Shown here piece after piece: positions 50,834-59,312 of a stretch of DNA of 64,000 nt. This stretch comes from Oculina patagonica (taxonomy: Eukaryota), in contig NC_135762.1 of assembly GCF_052425735.1 (NCBI RefSeq), forward strand, positions 12,834,001 through 12,898,000. Direction: 5' to 3'. Positions within the stretch are counted from its first letter, which is position 1. Every line of letters starts with the position of its first letter. Position numbers and translations under genes: made by a program. The notes under the pieces were generated by a model. It searched no databases. It was not told the origin of the DNA and saw only the letters and a program-made list of their open reading frames with translations.

Positions 50834-51475
50834 GTGATGGACCTCTCTTTCAAAACACCCTGCAATATACTTATAGCGGGCGCTTCTTGCTCGGGTAAAA
50901 CTTTCTTTACAAGACGCCTGCTTCAACATGCAGAGGAAATGTTTGATGAACCATTTCATCGAATTATCTATTCCTATGGTGAATTTCAACCACTGTTCAT
51001 AGAAATGAAACAAGAAAGAGAAAATATACAATTTGTGGAAGGATTCCCTGAAGATATCTACAGTTTATTCGAGAATAAGAAAGGGTTATTAGTTCTCGAT
51101 GATCAGATGTCTGCATTGGCGAATGAACCTCGTATGGTCGATCTAATAACGAAAGGCTGTCATCACAGGGATATTACAACGATATTTATTGTGCAAAATT
51201 TATTCCCTCCTGGAAAACATGCCAGAACAATATCTCTCAATGCTCATTACATAGTCGTGTTTAAAAACCCTAGAGATTCGTTAGGAATCAGCACTTTGGC
51301 GAGACAGGCATTTCCAAATGCGACTAACTATGTCATGGAGAGTTTCAAAGATGCTGTTGAGAAACCGTATTCTTACTTTTTGATAGATTTACATGCGCTC
51401 ACAGCAGAGAACTGTCGCTTGAGGACAATGATTTTCCCCGGGGAACAGCAAATTGCATATGTGAAACGCATATAA
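50834..51475 (+). CDS. A32/FtsK-like DNA packaging ATPase
   Basis: Walker A GASCSGKT, Walker B LLVLDD, and HHRDITTIFIVQNLF / RTISLNAHY typical of Polinton ATPases. A TATAAATA lies upstream at 50781. Confidence 0.93.
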   Translation: MMDLSFKTPCNILIAGASCSGKTFFTRRLLQHAEEMFDEPFHRIIYSYGEFQPLFIEMKQERENIQFVEGFPEDIYSLFENKKGLLVLDDQMSALANEPRMVDLITKGCHHRDITTIFIVQNLFPPGKHARTISLNAHYIVVFKNPRDSLGISTLARQAFPNATNYVMESFKDAVEKPYSYFLIDLHALTAENCRLRTMIFPGEQQIAYVKRI

Positions 51476-51513
51476 GTTTTGTAAACAAACGTTCCTAGTT
51501 AGTTTACTTCACC

Positions 51514-51843
51514 ATGTCGAAGCGTTTAGAGGATAATTTACATTTCCTTCACGTGTTGGCGAAATGTAATAACAAACAACGTCGAGCGTTGATAGAGCAT
51601 GGGGACAACGAATTGGTCAAATGTATTTGTGAAGTGGCACTTAATGTGTTAAAAGGAGAGGTTGAACTAAATGAATTAGAACTGAAACGTCTTCGACGAT
51701 TTAGAGTGCTACTGCGGGAATTGGCTGACAAGAAAACGCCTTTGAAGCGAAAGAAAGAGTATTTAACTCAGCGCGGCGGTAACCTGTTATCATATCTTCT
51801 CCCACCGGCACTGAGTACACTAGCTGCTCTGTTTACAGAATGA
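51514..51843 (+). CDS. Conserved small Polinton virion/core protein
   Basis: CICEVALNVLKG motif and C-terminal QRGG followed by a hydrophobic helix (LLSYLLPPALSTLAALF). It sits directly after the ATPase. Confidence 0.75.
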   Translation: MSKRLEDNLHFLHVLAKCNNKQRRALIEHGDNELVKCICEVALNVLKGEVELNELELKRLRRFRVLLRELADKKTPLKRKKEYLTQRGGNLLSYLLPPALSTLAALFTE

Positions 51844-52655
51844 AACACGCTCGCAAGATGTTATTAGTTCCTGAGGAATTTGTAAAGGCGTTGGAGTTAC
51901 GTAATCAACTACAAACAACACCTCATGTGAATAGTTTAACACAATTACGCGAACAAATGGATGGTGTTTTAGCTGATGAAAAACTACCAGCGGAAATTAA
52001 AACACAGCAGTATGATCAAATGCTTCAGCGCTACTTGAATCTTCAATCTCAGAAAGAAAATGTCGTTCCCACAGTGCGCATTCAGCCATCTGAAGAAGGG
52101 AAGGAAACTTCAAGTTCTAATGAAGTGTTAAATGAATCGGTTCGGGACAATACAACTCCCGCGGGGAAAGAACGAATCACTGAAGCCGATATTTTACAAA
52201 CTGTTCCGAAAACATACAAATCTCAAGCGCAGGGTTTGCTGACTTGGCTCAAACGAAACCCCGAAGAGCTTAGCTGGGATCATAAAGGACAAGTCAGTAT
52301 CGGTGGCAGTCCGATAGCAGGTTCCAGTATCGCTGATTTAGTAAACGACTCGCTTCGCTCGCGTAAGGGATTTAAACCTCTCGGTAGAGAAGCGTTTACC
52401 AAAACGCTAGCAAAAATAAACACTCCCGAGGGTTTTGTCAGAAATGATGACTTGAGAAAACAGATGAATCGTTATAAAATAGAGAAACTGCCTGCTTTGA
52501 CACCACCAGCAGCTCCGGCTTCGAAGGGTGTTAGTCCCTTATTTCCAACACCACCGTCTTCAGCAAAACCGAGAGGAAATATTCCCACCCCGAGACGGAT
52601 GAAAAGAGTCCCCCCAACTGCTAAAAGAGATATAAACTGGATTTCATATGACTGA
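51840..52655 (+). CDS. Conserved Polinton protein of unknown function (271 aa)
   Basis: MKHARKMLLVP start, WDHKGQV..I.GSSIADL core and a terminal W. It overlaps the previous stop (ATGA). Confidence 0.75.
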   Translation: MKHARKMLLVPEEFVKALELRNQLQTTPHVNSLTQLREQMDGVLADEKLPAEIKTQQYDQMLQRYLNLQSQKENVVPTVRIQPSEEGKETSSSNEVLNESVRDNTTPAGKERITEADILQTVPKTYKSQAQGLLTWLKRNPEELSWDHKGQVSIGGSPIAGSSIADLVNDSLRSRKGFKPLGREAFTKTLAKINTPEGFVRNDDLRKQMNRYKIEKLPALTPPAAPASKGVSPLFPTPPSSAKPRGNIPTPRRMKRVPPTAKRDINWISYD

Positions 52656-52699
52656 ACTCACTTTGAAAGCACTGTTTTTATTTTTGTATTAGAGAGTGT

Positions 52700-52770
52700 T
52701 CATACTTTAAATAAAAAAAGATTTAATGCGACACTGAGTGGTTTTCTGTTTGCAATAACATTTATTATTC
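52700..52770. terminator. Convergent polyadenylation region of the two viral gene blocks
   Basis: AATAAA on + at ~52710 and TTTATT (AATAAA on -) at 52761, between convergent stops at 52655 and 52790. Confidence 0.55.
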
Positions 52771-52789
52771 AATCAAAACACTCCCACGC

Positions 52790-53248
52790 TTACGGAAAGA
52801 AGCGTGCCACAAACTTATACACACTCTCATCATTTAATTGTCTATTGTTTGAAAACACTTTCACAATATTGTTCATGCTGACACCTCGCGATCGGTGCAT
52901 CAAATAAAATATACAATACTCTCCGCATACATTAGTGAAGGTACTTTGCAATACATGTGAGTTAAAGGTCCATTCTGAAACCGTATGCTGCAGAAAAGTC
53001 TCAAAGTTCCTACTATAAAAACTAGGTTGATTGCCATAGCTGTCAAAAAATTCGCCACTGTTCGGAGTTGTTAAATAAAAAGCAATCCAGTGTTGTCCAG
53101 GCTTGAAATTCGGGTCAGTATTAGCGATGATTCCGCATGGAAACTTCTCAATTTTTCGCGGTAGTTCATTAGCTGCAAACACACCAGTAAACTTTCCAGC
53201 GGTTATTCTATCAGTGGCGATCACTTCACCTATCATTCTTGTGTTCAT
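52790..53248 (-). CDS. Adenain-like cysteine (maturation) protease
   Basis: Catalytic triad motifs GQHW, FFDSYG and Q....VCGEYC. Confidence 0.92.
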   Translation of the reverse strand: MNTRMIGEVIATDRITAGKFTGVFAANELPRKIEKFPCGIIANTDPNFKPGQHWIAFYLTTPNSGEFFDSYGNQPSFYSRNFETFLQHTVSEWTFNSHVLQSTFTNVCGEYCIFYLMHRSRGVSMNNIVKVFSNNRQLNDESVYKFVARFFP

Positions 53249-53259
53249 ACTCGTTGAAG

Positions 53260-54593
53260 TTAACTTGAAAAGTCGTAAATGACGTGGCGACCTTGATCAG
53301 GCTCTATAAGCGATTCAAACTCACCGTAGACAATCAGGTTTACAGCTGAAGGTAGCCCACGACTGAACTGCATTTCAAGTGTGAGGTTACCTTTATTTCT
53401 TTCGTTAAAGTGATCCGAGGCTGAACAGGCATCGGGGGTTAAATCCAGACAAATAACTCCATATCCTTGATAATAATCATCTCTCGAAATATCATTGCCG
53501 CTATCGTGGTTCAAAATTCCAGTTCCGGTGAACAGCGTGTTATACGCCTCAATGAAATTTCGACCACCCGCAGATGTTAATTTTAAATTAATCGGTTTCA
53601 GTGGTCTTTGCTCACCATCTATTGTGACACTCACTGAGGTCATGTTATAAAGCTGGAAATTGTAAGGGTTTTTTTATAATCTCCGTTGAAAGTTTCACTT
53701 TCCACCAGCCCTAAGACAATCCTCTTCGGAACATTACCATTAAACAAATCACTCTTGTTTATGGAGGGGTTACTCGAGGGGATTGTGAAAGCCTTACACT
53801 CTACCCTCCTAATGGGGTATTTTGCTGTATTTCCACTTTGAAGCTCCTTCGTGTGAGAAAGTTTTATAACGGGACTAATTTTCACTGTTCTTACTTTTAA
53901 CACTGCACTTTGCATCACAATCTTGTAATCCGCAGCCGCTTCACCAGACATAATGCAGAAATTGCTTCGGTTCGGTGAAAGCTTTATGCTGACATCGACT
54001 TGATTTAGAAGCAGTCGATCACTAAAGAAAATATCACAGAACAGAGGGCCTGAGAGATCTACTAACATGCTTTCCTTTGTGAAACTGTAGCGTTTTTTCA
54101 GGCCTTCATTTCCACCTTCAGCCACTGTGGGATCAAGGCTGTTCATTTGACCAGCGGTATCCTTGTAAAAGAGCCCTGCGGTGAGTTGAGATGATTTTGC
54201 CGCTGGACCAAAATTGAGAAGCGTCTCCAAGTAACTTCGATAAGCGTAAGTCCCTGTTGATTGCGTTACTTGTATACCATTTAAAAAAACATCCACTTGT
54301 TTAAAGAGACTTTGCAGGAAATTGTTCACCGGTGCGGTCTTCTCTCCACTTCCAAGATCTGTCCCATTACGTTTTGTGATTTTTACCTTCATCACTAGCA
54401 TTGTCTTTGAAAGATCGAGGTAATCATCTGTTCCCGCGATTTTGAACTCTATGGGGGCGCTGCTGTTTAAACTAGAGATTGGTTGATGATCAATCCACAT
54501 CCCTTTTTTTATTGCAACCTGCGTTGCAGGAGTGGTGAAGAGATCTAACTCACTCTTTGTACAAGGAGTCGATTCAGCATGTACAAAGGCCAT
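53260..54593 (-). CDS. Major capsid protein (double jelly-roll), split by a 1-nt deletion in an A7 run
   Basis: The 317-aa and 127-aa ORFs join into 444 aa if one T is added at 53669-53675 (restores DYKKNPYNFQ). It has the CTKSELDLF N-terminus and DLTPD...GNL.LE..F C-terminal motifs of Polinton MCPs. Confidence 0.9.
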
Positions 54594-54595
54594 AC

Positions 54596-55009
54596 TTAAG
54601 AAAATATATCTTGCACTGTTCTTGATCCTTTCGCTTTCTTTGCTCCACGTTTAATGACCTTCTGCTGTGGTGCTTTCCTTTTTATAGTTTTTCTCCCGGT
54701 CGAGTGTTGTCGCATTCCTCTTCCATTTTGATTCATTGTTTTACGTGCACCTCCCAACCCTTTAATAGTTTGATTCACTCGAGTGTTTAAAGATTCTTGG
54801 AGATTATTACCCGAGGCGATATCTTTTGCAATATCTGCTCCTGTATTAAGCAGTGCCTTTCCCACTGTTTTTGCTCCTTTTTTTAAAAGTGGTATGGCAG
54901 ATCTCGCTAGAGACTTGAAAAAAGACCCTAGTCCATAACCTCTTTGGAATGAGCTTCCGCGAAATACTGGTAAGTCACCTCCGTATTGTTTGTTCATTGT
55001 CCTTCTCAT
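54596..55009 (-). CDS. Basic core/membrane-active virion protein precursor
   Basis: QYGG and QRGYGLGSFFKSLARSAIP amphipathic segment, with an Arg/Lys-rich C-terminus. It lies between penton and MCP. Confidence 0.8.
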   Translation of the reverse strand: MRRTMNKQYGGDLPVFRGSSFQRGYGLGSFFKSLARSAIPLLKKGAKTVGKALLNTGADIAKDIASGNNLQESLNTRVNQTIKGLGGARKTMNQNGRGMRQHSTGRKTIKRKAPQQKVIKRGAKKAKGSRTVQDIFS

Positions 55010-55011
55010 GT

Positions 55012-55788
55012 TTAGCTGAAGTATGGTGATTGACGGAGTCTAAAACTCAATGTGATCACAACTCGTCCACGTTCAAATGATATTTTTCTTCCCACGTCAT
55101 CTCTTATAAGCAGTTCTATCGTCTCAAATTCTTTTGTACCAACCGGAAGATATTGAGGGTTGTCAAAGTTTTTATTGATAATACTCCCATTGTTACCCTC
55201 GGCGGGGACTATACGTAGCAAGGGTGCTCTCACGTCACCAACAATTTGACTATCTACTATATTGGAGTAAATGTATATTGATTGTATCCCATCACTTACA
55301 TCCGAGATGTAGGGGGCCGTTGTAGTTTCCGTTAAGGTAATCTCGCCTCCGAAACCCAGCATCAAACCTAAATTCTCCCCCAAGTGGAGCTTACTTCCAT
55401 TCTCCAAGGTTACAGTGACCCTCTCCGACATGGCATCAAATGAAAGTTGTATGTACACATTTTCTCGTTTTTGACCATTGATTTCTTTCATGATAGCATT
55501 AATCACACTTGGTATGGTGTGATAGTATCCGTCAGGAGGAAGACCCACCAACCAATCGCCCTCATTGGCATCATAGTACATAAAGTTGCTCTTTCCAGAT
55601 TGAATGTTGAACCAGGTGTGTGGAAAGGTGATACTCGCGAGTCCAACCTCCCAATCCCCTTGTAGTATTATAGTCTCTGGAAGTTTAACTCGATACTCAG
55701 TGAGAGTATTATCCGGGTAAATCGACATTGAACTATTGCTGGGGAGGGTCATATAAAACTGCTTTTGCTTAGCCATTGCTCGCATCAA
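55012..55788 (-). CDS. Minor capsid protein (penton, single jelly-roll)
   Basis: FYMTLPSNSS...N...YRVKLP...WEVGL and YIYSNIV...VGDVRAPLLRIV motifs. Confidence 0.9.
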   Translation of the reverse strand: MMRAMAKQKQFYMTLPSNSSMSIYPDNTLTEYRVKLPETIILQGDWEVGLASITFPHTWFNIQSGKSNFMYYDANEGDWLVGLPPDGYYHTIPSVINAIMKEINGQKRENVYIQLSFDAMSERVTVTLENGSKLHLGENLGLMLGFGGEITLTETTTAPYISDVSDGIQSIYIYSNIVDSQIVGDVRAPLLRIVPAEGNNGSIINKNFDNPQYLPVGTKEFETIELLIRDDVGRKISFERGRVVITLSFRLRQSPYFS

Positions 55789-55825
55789 CAGAGTGAATGA
55801 TACAAAAGTTGTTTTTCATATGCTT

Positions 55826-56911
55826 TTATACTTTATTTAAATCCTTACTAGACACGTAGCTATTGTATTTCTCAGGGTATCCAACCCATTTAACAAGATA
55901 TTCAACATGTTTTCCTCGCTTACGTTTACCTAAAATTTTTTCTATTTTATACAAATCATCTGCCTTTTTCACTACTCTTACTAACTCTTTTTCATAAAAC
56001 GTTCCCTCTAGTTCTTCTCCATCAAACTCTTTCAATTTGTAAACAGGAGGGTTTCTCGGTAGTCGTTCTGATATTGTAAAAATCTCAGTGGTCCACGAAG
56101 GAAGGTACCCTTTCTCAAAAGTTCGCTTTGCTTTTGAAATTCGCACTTGTTCTCCAACCTTAAACTTGAAGACTACTTTGGAGGGTTTTTCATCATACAA
56201 AGTATGCCACACCTTACTTTCATTAGCTTTACTTACAAGTACTGGTTTTGTCTTAATACTGCGATGAAAAGAATTATTATAGCTCTGCAAAAGTTTCGGT
56301 AGAACGTCTACATATTTTAATGTATTTTTCCACGTAAAATATTTCCACATTTTTGTTTTCAGCGTTCTGTTATATCTTTCAATAATACTTCCCTTGGTCT
56401 GTGCATTGAACGTTGTAAAGAAAGAAATATTGTTATCCTTTAAAAACTTTTGAAATAACCTATTAGTAAATTCTTTACCCTGATCTGTGTGAAGTTTTAA
56501 AGGTTTTCGCCCTGATTTAAATATCTCCTTAACCGCTTCAACAATCGAGTTTCCTGTTTTGTCTTTCAGAGGTTGTGCCCATGCGAACTTTGAAAAACAG
56601 TCAATAGCTGTTAAAATGTACTTGAAATTGTTATTATATTTCTTAATAGATTGGAGGTCGACCAGATCCATTTCCCATATTTGATCTATTCCTCCCACCA
56701 TAACTCTATTTCGCTTGAAGCGCTTCCGGGCAGGTTTGTGTAGAGTATACACATCCTGGGTGCTCAACCACTCCTGCACTTGTCTTCGTGTTATCTTTGG
56801 TTTTATCTTCTTTGCGTTGCGAAACAATTTCTCTGCACTTCCAAGACTCTCTCCCTCACTGATGTTGTAGTACAACTTTGTCAGTAGTTTGTTGATTTCC
56901 TCCCTCTCCAT
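55826..56911 (-). CDS. Retroviral-type (DDE) integrase with a C-terminal chromodomain
   Basis: WEMDLVD, DCFSK, TDQGKEF and IERYNRTLK. Chromodomain YKIEKIL...YLVKWVGYPEKYNSYV. Uninterrupted 361 aa. Confidence 0.95.
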   Translation of the reverse strand: MEREEINKLLTKLYYNISEGESLGSAEKLFRNAKKIKPKITRRQVQEWLSTQDVYTLHKPARKRFKRNRVMVGGIDQIWEMDLVDLQSIKKYNNNFKYILTAIDCFSKFAWAQPLKDKTGNSIVEAVKEIFKSGRKPLKLHTDQGKEFTNRLFQKFLKDNNISFFTTFNAQTKGSIIERYNRTLKTKMWKYFTWKNTLKYVDVLPKLLQSYNNSFHRSIKTKPVLVSKANESKVWHTLYDEKPSKVVFKFKVGEQVRISKAKRTFEKGYLPSWTTEIFTISERLPRNPPVYKLKEFDGEELEGTFYEKELVRVVKKADDLYKIEKILGKRKRGKHVEYLVKWVGYPEKYNSYVSSKDLNKV

Positions 56912-57102
56912 CCAACTCTGAGTTCTGTATTATAACCTTTCCCCCACAACAAGCTAATACACAGCGAACTTTTCGAAGTAGGTTTTTAAGGGAAAATGAA
57001 GGTGTGGACCCACAGCAGCTCATCTCTTCACTTGGTCATGTAATCGCTATTATGATTAATTCCAGCACAAATCAACTCCATTTTATAAAACTCTGTCTCT
57101 CC

Positions 57103-57417
57103 CTATGAGGTCATATCTATAAATAAACATGCAATCAGAGTCCACAAACTCGGTAGTGCTAGGGGATGTTTGCTTTCTATGAAGGCGAGTAGCATGTTCC
57201 ATTGCTGTCTTTGTAAATTGAAACATTCTGCATAGCGAATGAAAACAAATAAACGCCCCCAGTTCATAACACCATCCGTGATCATTTGCTCATAGACATC
57301 AAAGAGCACCACCAGGGGTTTCTTCACATTAATCGTTTGTTGAAAAAAATGTGGTTGTTGTTTAGCAACCATTCGAAGTATTAACAGATAAAACATTTTC
57401 CGGCGAAATTCTCTCAT
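57103..57417 (-). CDS. Putative viral Bcl-2-like protein (104 aa)
   Basis: EQMITDGVMNWGRLFVF matches the Bcl-2 BH1 signature (ELFxDGxNWGRIVxF). Hydrophobic C-terminal tail. No clear BH2. Confidence 0.6.
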   Translation of the reverse strand: MREFRRKMFYLLILRMVAKQQPHFFQQTINVKKPLVVLFDVYEQMITDGVMNWGRLFVFIRYAECFNLQRQQWNMLLAFIESKHPLALPSLWTLIACLFIDMTS

Positions 57418-57457
57418 GACTTATTTTTATTTACTTTTAATCAAATGACTTTGTTAC

Positions 57458-57673
57458 TAAAAATAAAATCATTACATCACTGTATCAATTATTTAATCTA
57501 CCTCCCCATGACTAAAAATAACACCATTACGTCATTTACTCCCCTACGCCCCCTCCCCCTCAATGAGGTCATTCTTCTATTTTTAGATCATTTTGATGAC
57601 GTAATCCCTGGGGGTATTGTGACGTCACTGTATCCCCTGATCCCTGAACCTGAACTCTTATTTTATTACTACT
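57458..57673 (-). repeat. Right terminal inverted repeat of the Polinton
   Basis: Reverse complement of 47902-48118. Confidence 0.95.
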
Positions 57674-58729
57674 TAAGTTCCTGCGAACATAAGTGTAAGA
57701 TGTATTCAACAATGTGTTGGTGTTTGATTTGGTACATTGAAAAGAATTCATTGCATCCAACACAAAGCAGAAACTGGTAGAGACTTGTCAATAAAGGTAG
57801 ACGTTTAATGCAATTCAAGTATACATGTAAGAGAAAATTGAGGTTCGATGTGCCAGTCTCGTCCCCATAGCCCTTTCGTTTCTCTTAGCCGTCTGGGCCT
57901 TGGCACGAGAAATCGAAGGGCTCTGGAGAGACAGGATTTTCAGTCCTAGATTCTAGGACTTCCGGTCTTCATGTATGCCGTCACGATGTTTCAAAAGGAT
58001 GTATGAGAGAGTCGTTACGCTTTTGACTTCCATTTAGGAATTCTTTGTTCCAAACAGCCAATCAAAATAAATTCGAATTTAGCCCTTCGTTTTATCGTGC
58101 CAAGGCCTAGTCTGCTAAGACAAAAAGGAAAGGGCTATGGGGACGAGAGTGATGTGCAAGTTGGGCAACCTCGTTCCAGGGCTTTCTCGTCAGTGGTTAA
58201 AGCTTAAAGACACTGGGACGAGATTGCGCACTTTGCTCATCGTGGCACCAGATCCTTCTTTGGGTTGATCTATGAAATTAGGGACTGACCATTATTTTTT
58301 TGGAGGGGGGGGGGGGGGAATGAAAAATATTGAAAAAATTGTTTGCAGGGCCTAAAAAGACCAAATAAATTGTCTGCAAACACGATATGTATAACAAAAA
58401 ATAGTTAGAATTTCGAAAAAAAATGTTTGCAGAGGTACATAAACTAAAAAAAAAAGTTTGCAGAGGAAAATTTTTCATCCCCCCTCCCCCCTCCCCCTCC
58501 AAGAAAATAATGGTCCGTCCCTTAGCAGAGATTTTGGTTGCAGGTCCCTGCCTAAACATTCGCTTTGTTTTCCTCATTGGCTTTAGTTTGAACTAAAGTT
58601 GTTGATGTAAATAATATTTTGTGGTAATTAATAGAGGATGCCTACCATCTGTAGGAAAATCCGGTTAGTGTGACCGAATATACCGACCAACGGGATGAGA
58701 TTGCGCTTACAATTAAACTATCAGGCCTT

Positions 58730-59312
58730 TAGGCTCTTACCGAAAGTGCTCGTAAAAAAAGCATTAAATGCTAAAAGAAGTGCTCGTTTTTTGCCGAAAA
58801 AGTGCTAAAATAATGCTAATTTTTTTAAAAAGTGCTCGTGGGTAACATAAAAATGCTCACTTTTTTCCGATTTTTTTAAACATAGAATATTACATTTTTC
58901 AGATTTTCAGTTACATTTTTCAACAATAAAATGTAACGATCAATGTTTGGTGTCAGAATACGCTCTCGAGCTATCTCTGCCCTGGCTGGCTGACTTTCAT
59001 TGTTCCTCGATGACAACGTGGATGACGTCATCTTGAAACGAGTGTGATTGACTGGGTTTCTAGAAGGCAACCACTGACGTATCAAACCTATTCCCCAGGC
59101 CTCCACGGCTCCCTTGACTAAATTGAGGGCTAATGCATCTTTGGACGCCATAAATAAAGTCAGATTGTGCTTTTTAACACATAATTAGACAAATAGTCAG
59201 TCGAAAATCCAAAATAATGCTAGCAGTGCTTTTTGGGATAAAATGTAAAAAAAAAATGCTCGCGAAGCCAAAAAATGCCAAAAAAAGTGCTAGCACTTTC
59301 GGTAAGAGCCTT
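58730..59312. mobile_element. hAT-like MITE, absent from the paralogous segment
   Basis: TAGGCTCTTACCGAAAGTGCT...AGCACTTTCGGTAAGAGCCT with TSD CAGGCCTT (58722-58729, 59313-59320). The empty site is at 20938-20945. Confidence 0.85.

Larger units (their letters stand above)
47902..57673. mobile_element. Polinton/Maverick (adintovirus-like) endogenous virus, full-length ends, no DNA polymerase gene
   Basis: AGTAGT...ACTACT termini, ~216-bp TIRs, and a 6-bp TSD TAAGTT (47896-47901, 57674-57679). It carries integrase, ATPase, protease, major and minor capsid genes. The empty site is at 19876-19881. Confidence 0.96.

Noticed and set aside
53660-53685. Programmed -1 ribosomal frameshift in the capsid gene
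   Set aside because: The A-run is not in the X_XXY_YYZ register (codons read TAT AAA AAA ACC), and Polinton MCPs are normally one ORF. A simple indel is more parsimonious.
57445-57780. 111-aa ORF across the right TIR (and the N-terminal extension 48104-48184)
   Set aside because: It runs through the TIR into host flank sequence, so it cannot be an element gene. No motifs.
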